DNA of 64,000 nucleotides from Dimorphilus gyrociliatus (taxonomy: Eukaryota > Animalia > Annelida): contig CAJFCJ010000004.1 of the NCBI GenBank assembly GCA_904063045.1, forward strand, positions 2,163,713 to 2,227,712, written 5' to 3'. The position numbers and the translations under genes were made by a program. Within the stretch, counting starts at the first letter, position 1. Every line of letters starts with the position of its first letter. The notes under the pieces are model-generated. The model worked only from the letters and a program-made list of their open reading frames with translations. It ran no database searches and was not told where the DNA came from. Positions 53,319-64,000 of the stretch are shown in pieces.

Positions 53319-53852
53319 TTTGTAAAAATCCAAGAGAAAAAAAATTGCAGTTGGCCAACGACAGTCGATAGTATGAATAAAAGCTGCTTCTATTCAAAAA
53401 GTAATTCATATTAGGTGCTGGTCGATACTTGTTTTATATATTGACTGTTTATATGCAATAGCAGCGGCCTTTTTCGTGCTTAATTTCCCCACCTATAAGT
53501 TTGTTGTTAACAAGACAAACAGTCGAATAATAAAATTTGTAAAAAGAAATATTCTTTATGGACTATATAGTGTATGCAGTAGTAATATATCAGGAAAGAA
53601 AAACGAATTACTATGTTCAATACCCTATTCACTTTGGAATAAATATAGAAGTATAAAAAAGAAAACACCGGAAAAATTATGTTAATGAATTGTTTGTCTT
53701 TGTTCTCTTTCGAACATCTCGGTTAGATTAGATATCATAATATTATCAATTTATTATGATTAATAAGGATTGAATAAACATTTTTCTGTTGTTTTATTTT
53801 TGATATATTTGTAATTAGTTTGTTTATTATTTTATGGTTTGTTACTACGTTA

Positions 53853-53860
<8 letters not shown>

Positions 53861-53908
<48 letters not shown>
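53861..53908. repeat. (TA)n microsatellite
   Basis: About 48-nt pure AT run between the APCDD1-like and MINDY4B-like genes. Confidence 0.92.
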
Positions 53909-53910
<2 letters not shown>

Positions 53911-54152
53911 CAGTATACTTTTGTATTCCCCTATCAGTCTTTTTTTCTCTTTAAACGAATAGAAACTCTAAAATACTCATACGTTCTACCAGCTGGACAT
54001 TATAATCATTATACAAACTAATTAGTTGTATAGTGAAGCAGTTAACAATAAATATAGCATTTCTTTAAGAAGGGAAAGGAACTTTTCTTATTTACACAAC
54101 AAATAAATGGAAATGTAAATCTATACAACAGTGAAAAAATGGCAAGAATCTT

Positions 54153-57100
54153 TTAAAAAAGTAAAGAAAGGAAACATAAAAGCAGAACAATAAATTTCTC
54201 ACATATACAACAGGTGGCACCACCCATTGGGCCCCAGTAGGGTTTACTTATTACTGAATTAGGTGACATTTTGTCCAGTTTTCTTTCGAATTTTCCACAA
54301 TATTTTAAAGGAGGTTGGAAACTAGTTGGTGTATAATTATGTTTGTTCGACGAAGTCGCCCATTCGCCCATTAGTAGTTCTGTGTGGTGATGAATTCTTT
54401 GAACTCTTGCAATTTGTCGTTTTTGAAAAGGCAGGGCAATACCCAGAGCTGCGCATCCGTGATATTTTGTAATATCCTGTTCCACTCCAACTTTCCAACT
54501 ACCCCGAATACCGCAAGGTGATTGTAGGGGATTATTTACACTATCTGATATGCGTTGATCTTCAACCTGTTAGTAATTAGATAAATGAAATAAAACAATT
54601 ATAGGCCTTTAAATGTCTGTCGCGGATGTATTAACATATAAATGAATTTGACTAGAAAAGAGCAGAAAACAAAGATATGTCAACTTTCGTCTGTAGAAAG
54701 TAATTTTCTCATTCTGTCGTCAAAACTGAGTCTATATTATAATCAGTTTACGTGTAGGCTTATATTAAGTTATCCTCATCTATAAAGTAGTTATCTTATC
54801 ACCACATTTTCATATAGTAGACCCTCCAGTTAAATTTATCTATTTTTCCCAACAACAACAATAACTTTACTTATCACCCTTTTCAATAGAAGTCTATTTC
54901 TCTTCCCTTTTTCAAACCCTTTATGGTCATATATTTCTATATTGAAGTCTCGAATTCATCTTGTGTCAATAATCTATGTTGCGTTCAGCTTTGACAGAGT
55001 TTCTCATCTTACAAAATATATGACCGTTTTCTGACGCTTTTAAGTTATTTTTAGACGTCTAATAGTTTATTATCCTACAAATAAATACGACTGCCTTCTT
55101 AGAGAAGACCTATAATTTCTTGATCTCTTCTTTAAAGTATTAAATTAACCAAAAGTTTAGAAATTTAACCTATTTCATTCATAGTCCGAAAAAATTTACA
55201 AAATTGGTTCTAATACATAAACCGCCATCTATCGGTTACTTCTACTAGATCAAGCAATTGCTCTTTTTTCCATAAAATGCGAATTCATCAGCCGTGAAAT
55301 GTACATATCTTTCTACATTCTTTAAAAGTCTATATGGGCTTTGTCAACAGTAAAACAAACGATAATTTACCTTTAAACTTCCCCTTTTGGCAATTAAGAC
55401 TAATTTTCTTACAGCTTTCATATGACGATGATAATCGAATTTCTTATAACTTCCATAAAACTTGATTGTGTATAGAGGATCTCTACAAAGTACATCAGAA
55501 TAATAATGATAATAGCCTCTCCATTCGCCATGCGAAGAAAAACTTAGTCTTCTCGTTAAGAAATGGAAACCAGGTCTCGACTCGCATCTTTCGCTAAACC
55601 ATTCACCAGTTAATGAGTCCCAAGCTATCGTTCTACCGTGATGATGCAAAATAGGCGGTCTTTTAATATCCGATTTTGCAATGACCTTGCAGACTGAGCA
55701 TTTTTTCGTCTGTCGAGTTAAATGGAATATAATTAGTGTCAGAATATTCTAACGAGCCTATGTAACGAAAGGAAAATGAAAAATTTTGTTCCTCTTTTCC
55801 TTAATAGATCATGAAATGAGTACGAATTAAATTAACAAAAAAACGAAAGTATATATTTCCCTTCGTCAATTGCAACATAGACAGCTCACTATATCACCAT
55901 TGACAGTAACATAAAAGGCGTCTAATAGATCATACATTGAATCGATATCAGTTCTCGGCTGGATATCAGACGCTCTTTTTCCATCTTAAAAACTATCACT
56001 TAAGATAAAGAAATATAGAAGGAGCGTCAAAAAACATTAAACAGATTTGGAATTGTTATTGTAAAAAGTAAAAAGTAAGAAAAAAAACTTATATACACTA
56101 TATATGATTAAAATGCAATATAAATGGATAATCCGTGCTAATCCTTGTCTAGTAAAATGTTGATAAGAGATTATTTATTTTACTAATTATATTTAATTAT
56201 TCGTTCATATTGTTTGTTATTTGAAAAGGGATAAATAAAAATACAAGAAAAGAGCAAATGAGAAATAATAATTATATATTTTATAGATAAGAAAGAGAAT
56301 TATTAATGGATTATCAGAAAATAACCATTTAACTGGATTTGTAGAAGTAATTAAATAAAACTAAAAATTATATTGAATAATTATAATCTCTTATTAGATT
56401 TTTAGCTGATATTTCTTCCCTTTATACTAAAAAATGTTAAGAAATCAAAACAAAGAAAAAACATCTATATAGATTTTTGTTGAATCGACAAAAAAAGAAT
56501 ATTTTTAACTTTTTTTTTTTAAAAAAACAAAAAGTAAAAATATAGAAAAATATTAAAATAATAAATTTATTTACTTAATATTTTTCACCTTTTTTTTCTT
56601 ATATAAAAATCATTTTTTCCTATTAATTTATTTGTGTGAAAAAAATCGATTTAGGCCTAAAATAAACTTAAAGGTAAATTAATAAAAAATGGAATTAAAA
56701 AAACAAAAATGTGTAAACGAATAGAAGAAAAGAAAGGAAAGAAACATGAATTTACAAAAGTTGTTTTAAATGATTATCAATAAAATTCTTAAGGGTTAAT
56801 CAATTACTCTTTACTCCCTATTCAAAGTTAGAAAGTAATGTTGGTACATAATAGTCAGTTAATTGACCAAATGTACCTTATCAACTGACAACTATGTCTG
56901 TTTATTGTATATGGTGGTTTTTTTATCAATTTAATTCGTTTTATTTGTTTCATTTAAAGATAAGAAAAACGTTTTACTCTGCTTTTAACCATTTACTTTC
57001 ACTTATAATAGAAAGAATTTTTTAAAGACTTCTTTACTATTTCTTTTGCAATAACCTTTCTTTTTGTCCCTCTTAAACATATGTAAAAAGGGCGGAAACA

Positions 57101-58680
57101 GAGTATTCATGTAAACAACTTACGTTGGCAGACAGGAGAGGAGCTTGAAAAGCTGTAGGCCTATATCCTTTCCTGATCTTCCTATGTGTATGAACGTCTC
57201 CTAATAGAAGCTTTTTGATAGATTGTTTATTCTCGACCGAACTTTCCACTCTGACCAACTGTAATTCGTTCAGACTAAAATCGAATGAAAAGGTACAATC
57301 GTAGTCGATCGTATTGTCATGATGCTCGACATAATGTAAAATGACATAAGACTCTCGTGGATGCCAAGCTTTAGTCCATATCTTTTCAGAACACGTCGAA
57401 TTGATAATCGAATACAACTTCGCCGCAACTTCTTCTGTGTAAGCCATCATTACAACCCGGTACAAACGGTAGTCTGAATTGTAGATACCAGGCGATATGA
57501 TTCTTGATTTCGACGAAACAGTCCATGATCCCTGAGATGTTATGCTAAATATTGGATGCGTACAATCGGCGTCACCATAATAGAATTGAGTGAAATCGAA
57601 GATATCATTAGTATAGACTGTATATTTCCGGGTAATATATTCCGGTCCCGATCGTACTTCACACCTGTGTAAAACGATTATTCTTTCTTAATAATAGCAA
57701 AAAAAAGAAGGTTTTTTTTGTTCATTTATTACATTTGAATGGAAAAAGAAGAAATAAAAACTTATACAAATATCCGTACGGGTTTTTTTTTCCTTATATT
57801 TGTTTGTTTTTTTTTTAGTATCTTTCTCTCAACTAAACTGAATATAAATGATCAAATGTTTGTGCTTCCTTTTTAATCTACTTTTTTCTTTTGCTGCTTT
57901 TAATTAAAGTTGAATTTTTTTTTATTATTTCAGGGGGGTAAAATCCCTCTCCTTAATCGGATTTTGACCACCTGTTTTTCATTGAAAACTCCCTGACTCA
58001 TTACCGTGAAAGCAAAACAAGTTGTGACATCTTGTTAGTGGGTAAATAATATAGTCTTAAACAATCTCGTGCTAAAATTCTAGGGTAAAAATCTGTTTGT
58101 AATAAAAATCAACTTTTTCTCATATGGGAACTGTCTAAATGAAAAAGCACTTGAGATTTTAATGGACTTCTTTCAAATGTCATTGTAACTATCCGAATTA
58201 ATCCTTTCCGCCTTTTTCTACTGATTACGCAATCTGTGTTACATACTGTTGCTTTGAAGATTATCTCCCACCCCAAGTACTCGTCAAACTATTTGGTTTA
58301 GTTAGTCACGTGACTAGCCGTTATTTACCTTGAGGAATAAGGAAAAGCTTTTAAGAATAAGTAAGGGAAAAAAGTGAGTAAAAATTTTTTGTTGAAATAA
58401 AATCTTTAAAGTTTTGATTGAAAAATTCCATTTTAAAGATATTCGATAGAATAATTAGAGGTTTTTATTAATATTTATATTTGCTTTTTTAACAAAATTT
58501 GCCTGCAATTTTATTGCGGTAAGGAAATTGAATTTCCTTCGTTAGCAATTTGCTTCATACTGCAAAAGTGAGCTTAGTCCAGAAGCTTTTACTATATTTT
58601 TTTAAACACGCCATAATAAAATACCATAGTTTTTCTTTTGCTCACCTTTTCATTTCTTTTTCTTTCCCTCTCTCCCTCCT

Positions 58681-58718
<38 letters not shown>

Positions 58719-61700
58719 TCTCTATGCCTTTCTTCTATTGCCTTTTTATTTTTAGCTTTCTTACAATTAAGCAAAAATATTCAACTGTTTCTTTCTTTTT
58801 CTATTATTATTAGTATAACACCCTTTACAACGTGTAAAAGCGTAAATATCAACTCAATTAGTAAGAACGGACTTCCTTCTATTTCTCCCCTAACTCTTCC
58901 TTTAGAACGGAAAGGTGAACTTTCAAGGAAATTTTTTTCTTCTATTAAATAAAGAAATTGTAGAAGGAGTGAATTAAAAATTCTCTTATCTTTCAGGTTT
59001 TAATACAATACTTTAGCCGCCGAATGAACTTTACACCTTTACCTTTCCCGAATTGTCACGCAATGTGCCGTTATTAATCAATTACTAATCATTATTTATT
59101 AAAACAGGAAAAACATTAATTTATGACACGGGATTATAAATTACTCCAAAAGGAGATAACGAATGAAATCCTCTTATTTAAATCCTTCAAGACATATGTT
59201 ATAAGCTTTAGATACAAACTTATAATTTGTTATTTTCTCACCTGTTGGAAAACATGTCACGTGATACACGAGCGTTTGTCATTAAGTAATTATTGTTTGT
59301 TAAGAAAAAAAACGAGAGCGAATTTACCAAGATGACTATGATAAGGCACGCAATCATGCAATGGTCATTTTCTGAGATAGACGCCAGTTACACGAACTAT
59401 AGCATTTTTCCCCGATCTTAAACTTTTCAAGCAGCTGTTTTTTTACGTAATCTAATTATCATTCTTTGTTTACACAAGTACGACGAATTTAACGACTTCA
59501 AGACCTTCGTCGTTCTAAACGCCCTCGTGCGGCCTTGTAATTAAGGCTATTTAAGCTGACATTTAAATTGCCCAGTCCGTATAATTTCCGTCGAGATAAC
59601 AATCTGACGGATGAAAATGGCGGAAAACCCGTATAACTTTGGATGAAAAATTTGTAACACTTGAACGAATCGTGAATAGATTCGCTTGACATTCAAAGAA
59701 AAAAGTCTTACTACCTATTTGAGTATTTGTAAAAGAAAGCAGACCGTTACAATTATTTGATACAATCTTTTAATAAATAAGAGATATAAGAGAGGGAAAG
59801 ACAGAGATCTATATATATCTAAGAGAGAGAGAGAGAGAGAGAGAAAGAAAGAGAGACCAACAGACAGACAGAGAGAGATATAGGGGAGCGACAGAAGAAG
59901 AAAACAGAGGCAGAGAAAGAAATAGTTCAGATAATACTTTGACATAAACTTTAAACGGAAGGAAAAGTTTCATATTCAAGAATCAAACTACTCTAAACAA
60001 TCCGTTATTTTGCAATAGTTTATATAAACAGTATTATTCACGGATTATTAGCCTGAAAACATTCTGTTTTCTAGCAGTTTGGCAATAAAACTGTCGAAAA
60101 CCTTACTCCATGACCAACTCAAAGTTTAACAACTGATTTATTGTTACTGATTTCTATATAACTGCCTTGTTTTTTTAATTAGTAACATTCGTAATTAGAA
60201 AACAGAAAATTTGCGTGTTTTATCTAATTAATTAAGTATGTTGTAGAAACGTATATACAAAAAGGATGTAAGCATGACATTTCAACCGTAAAATACCTTA
60301 AATCTTCCTGTCTAAAAACGGGTTATTTGTGAAAATCACTTCTAACAATTATATACGGTACATTAAGGTGAAAAATGTCGTACGGGAAGGTATAGAATGT
60401 CTAAAATTCCCTTTCATTCGTCCATTTATTTTTTAAGCCATTAATTATCATTCCAACAAATAGCAACCTTGTAGTAATTTTAATAAGCTTTCAAATGTAT
60501 AGTACTATGTAAAAACATAATACAAATATTATGACTAGTTTCTAACAACACACAAACAGCTGATTATGATCAAAATACGCCTGGTATAGGCTAAAAAGAA
60601 TAGAAAATAAATAAATACTATTGACTTTATATGTCGTATACACTATATATACTGTATATATAGTATCTTAATTCTTAAAGGCAATAATTTAACTCTTACT
60701 CTACTTTAAACGGAAATAGATAAACATTGTTTTCGTATTTTCCGAAAAAAAAGTTGAATAAATTAATAAATGATCAAAAAACTAATACTAATTTATTACA
60801 TTAATATTCATCAGTCTTTTATTTAAACTATTCTGTTTTATGAATAAATTAACTTTTTTTTTTATTATTATCAAAAGTAACTTTAGAAGAATGTTATCAG
60901 CTATGAATATTTATGAATATTAATACCATTTATAAATTGTACAAATGGAGTAAAATTTAGATCGCAAAGATAGAGGAGAAGATATATGGAAAATAGAAGG
61001 TTATGAGAGAACAGCGAGAGAGAAACCTTTAAGAAGAATTTATGATAAACGGCTGGTATTTATAACATATAAACAAGTGTCCATTTTAATAAAAACTAGA
61101 AAGAGAAACTATTTAAAAGGATGAGGAGTTGAGGAATACCTAAAACCCGTATACTTGCAAATAAAGAACCTCTTCGGCCGTTAAGTGCCGCAAACAATTC
61201 ATTATCAAAGTCACGTGTGAACATTCTCGAGCACTCGACTAAAGAACAAAGAATCCGCAGTTGCTCCGGGCTATTTGCCCGCTAAAAACGTAACGTAAAG
61301 CCCGAATTTCTATTCATTATTTACTCACCGAATTTACCTTCTTCGGAGGCAAGAAACTAATCGAATTTTATCGAATTGTTATTTCAGTTCTACTCGCCTT
61401 TATCCCGATTCTTTTGTCATGACTATGTTTTTACAGGCTAAATAATTAATTCAAACTAATCAAAGTGTTTATAAAGGAGAAAACTGGTTATTTTAACGCT
61501 TTAAATTTAGGAGGCTATTACTAATAGTATTCATTTTCTTTTCGGCTTATTTCTACTTCATTTTCCCTTCCCTTTCCTTCACCTCTCTTTTTTCTTTAAT
61601 GAATACCAGTTTATTTTTCCCCTCTACTTTATGTTTTTGGTTCTTTCCTAGCTAGGTATAATTTAAACCTTTTGTGCGTGTTGCCTGATTTATATTCGAT

Positions 61701-61857
61701 TAACGTCGTAGATTATCTGCAAAATAAACAAAACTAGTAGGAGAAACTAACCTGTCTGATGTCCATTCTCCTTCCAATTCGGTCTTGGTCACGTCTTCAA
61801 TTTCTCTGTCGTACATTCGTCTAACCAAAGGGGAGCAGACATCCCTTTTCATATAAC
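54153..61857 (-). CDS. APCDD1: APCDD1-like Wnt inhibitor (two APCDDC domains); 5' signal-peptide exon not located
   Basis: Exons 61857-61752 (...LEGEWTSDR), 57664-57124 (CEVRSGPEYITRKY...QFYYGDADCTHP), 55709-55371 (CSVCKVIAKSDIKRPPIL...GEWFSERCESRP...FLTRRL...YYHYYSDVLC) and 54566-54153 (CGIRGSWKVGVEQDITKYHGCAALGI...PTSFQPPL) are phase-compatible. CEVRSGPE is a hallmark APCDD1 motif. Confidence 0.9.
58303..58316. promoter_or_regulatory. Palindromic E-box (USF/TFEB CLEAR-type) in an APCDD1-like intron
   Basis: Perfect 14-bp palindrome TAGTCACGTGACTA. Further TCACGTG at about 59257 and 61211. Confidence 0.35.
58684..58714. repeat. (CT)n microsatellite
   Basis: CT run in an APCDD1-like intron. 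Further GA/CT runs at about 48770-48788 and 59822-59842. Confidence 0.9.
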
Positions 61858-62836
61858 CTATTCAAAAAGCCCGTATTAATGTTTTATCTTTTCAAGAAAG
61901 GTTGTCATTAAACGTTTGTTGAAACCATATAATTAAGTATTTTTGTTCGAGTGCTTGCCTTTATTAAATTAGGTCGAGATTTTAAATGGAATGTAAGAAA
62001 AAAGGCTGAGAGAAGGAGGGGCTTAGTAGGTTTTCAAGGGATCTTTTGAACAGTTTTAGGCCTATGAAGAGGTACATTTGGCTCTTTAAATTTTTGGCAG
62101 CGAAAAATGCATAATGAAACGAAAATAATTTTTATTATAAGCCATTCAAGCTTAAAGATTTAATTATCAGCACTGTAGACCAATATAAGCGGTATTTGGA
62201 AAGTGTTTTCTTACTTTATAAGCGCCTTATACAATCTCTAATAATTGCAATAAATTTCATGACAATAAAGTCAAAATTGGTACTTCTGCTTCTTTTTTGA
62301 ATATTTTTTATATGACAATAAAGAATTAATATTTCTCCAATTTCCTTTGATATATATAATATTTATATATATATATATATATTGTATATACTCGTATTTA
62401 TAAATTAAATATCTTTTAAACGAAATGAATGACAATCATACTCTAAAGATTATTTACCAAGGATTCTCTAACTTTGATCGGAACCGCCTAGATTTTGTGT
62501 TTTTTTTCTTTTTCGTCGCTAGTTTAGTTTATAAGGCTACATCATTGACTGTTTACGTTACGGATTTATTTTAAGGCAAAGACGAGAGAATAGAGGATAC
62601 AATAGTGGAAATAAATTTATTTTTCTCTTTTTCCTCCTTCTCTATTCAAGAAAATAGCTGTTTAAGTTTTCTAATCCGGTATTGGTAAGGAAAATTGAAA
62701 ATTTATTTACAGCCTGACAAAGTTCTTTTGTTATCTTTTGATTTTTTTTCTTTCGTTGAAAGACATTTTTTTCTATGATTAATTTTAATGTCCTTCCTCT
62801 CTATTCCTTTTTTTCGGCTATCTACCTATCTATCTA

Positions 62837-62840
<4 letters not shown>

Positions 62841-62885
<45 letters not shown>
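62841..62885. repeat. (CT)n microsatellite
   Basis: About 45-nt pure TC run. Confidence 0.92.
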
Positions 62886-62886
<1 letters not shown>

Positions 62887-64000
62887 GTCTTTCTCTCCGT
62901 TCTTTCGCTTCTTTCTCCCACGGACACCTTCTTCTTCACAATCTAACACCAATTCTACCTGTCTCCTTAATTTTCTTTTAATTCTCAGTAAAGCGTGATC
63001 TCTCTCACTCCTTAATTTTAGAATGTTGTTAGTCTTTTTTCACAATAAATTCTATGCACTCGTAAATCCTGTTGTTGATTTATATTACGGATTAGGCGAT
63101 AAAAGAAAACTTGTTACTCATATTGTGAGAAAATATTTTGGCGTTTCTTTCTTCTATTTTTAATTTAACTTACAATAAGGGTCATTTAAGACTTTCAAGT
63201 GGTACTCTTCAAAAATCTTAGGCCCAAAAAAGCTCGTAATTCGCTTTTACGGCCTCTTTCATAACAAAACCGTATGTTAATTAAGTCTTTGGAGATTGAA
63301 TTCTTTTTCTAAGGAAGGATATTTAATGAACTGACCAAAGTTTAATTACAAGTTATTTAATTGCCTACGAGTATAAAATTAATTAAACTAATTTCATGAT
63401 AGGGAGATAGATGTACAATACAAATAGATATGTTCCTATATTTCTAAGAGATCCTATCGACAATAACCCGGACAAGGAAAGAAAATACAAAGATTTCTTT
63501 GTTTTCACCTATTGATAAAAGATCTTTAAAATTATTAATTACAGTTAAGGTATTATTAATTATTTTGATAAATTATTCAATTTTCTCATATTGAAGCTGA
63601 ATAGAAAAGTTTTTTACTGCCAAGTTTATGAAATTGAGGGATAAGAAAAAAATGATCGCTTTTAAAGAGATTGACAAGTCAAAGAAAATAGAAAAGTAAA
63701 GAAGGTAAAGAACAGCTCCTGTTAGACGAGATATTGAGATAAACAAGAATACAGTTTTTTGAATAGCTTGCGGAAATGATGAAAGTAAGAAGCGATTGAA
63801 GTCGCCTCGGGCAACCTCTTCATACATTTTAAATTGACTCTTTTCCTTCTCTTTTACGTCTTCGCAAACATAAAACTATTCTATTTTCTTTAAGGAAAAA
63901 AAATGTTTCATAGGTTTTGATATATAAAAATTTAATGGTAGAAGTAACAATGATTAATGGTCTATTGGCTAGAAAAGAAAACTATCAATCTATATATCTA

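Larger units (their letters stand above)
922..60656. mobile_element. Dispersed TA-C(A/T)G-TA motifs, putative Tc1/Sleeping Beauty-type excision footprints (not one continuous element)
   Basis: TATACWGTATA with core starts at 922, 2841, 2876, 7779, 8256, 9186, 9197, 13350, 14378, 14389, 16629, 22054, 22063, 26801, 26812, 30621, 35967, 47230, 47277, 49388 and 60650 (hand count). All are non-coding and mostly within (TA)n. Confidence 0.45.

Noticed and set aside
56851-56897. Imperfect inverted repeat
   Set aside because: Short, multiply bulged, and expected by chance in AT-rich DNA.
58550-58952. ORFs with SLSLSL or ERERER runs (also 43157-43339, 59715-59945, 62775-62981)
   Set aside because: Translation of CT/GA microsatellites.
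63573-63827. Minus-strand ORF as the APCDD1 signal-peptide exon
   Set aside because: No convincing phase-1 donor after a signal-like segment. The first exon is unresolved and may lie outside the window.
1-64000. CRISPR arrays, rRNA, tRNA, intact transposases or Fanzor-like nucleases, telomeric repeats
   Set aside because: No regularly spaced repeats, RNA-gene signatures, DDE/RT/RuvC motifs or TTAGGG-type arrays were seen on reading.

Overview
AT-rich, intron-containing animal genomic DNA. Gene content and small introns suggest a compact invertebrate genome, possibly lophotrochozoan; the species was not determined. Splicing exons by hand (GT-AG, phase-checked) gives seven protein-coding genes, all on the minus strand. 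In window order: a short SAM-domain SAMD15-like gene; an AKAP2/MISP-family scaffold gene with two alternative first coding exons; a 15-exon SCYL2-like pseudokinase with an RRxS-rich tail; a full-length clan-2-like cytochrome P450 lacking the catalytic I-helix Thr; an ETX/MTX2 (aerolysin-like, LIN-24-like) beta-pore-forming protein with a GAP43-like MxCC+basic N-terminus; an inactive MINDY4B-like pseudo-deubiquitinase; and an APCDD1-like Wnt inhibitor whose first exon was not located. Non-coding DNA carries many (TA)n and (CT)n microsatellites, CTCF-like motifs, and about 21 hand-counted TATAC(A/T)GTATA motifs that match the Sleeping Beauty/Tc1-type excision footprint. No rRNA, tRNA, CRISPR array or intact transposase was recognised. 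Family assignments come from remembered motifs, not database searches.
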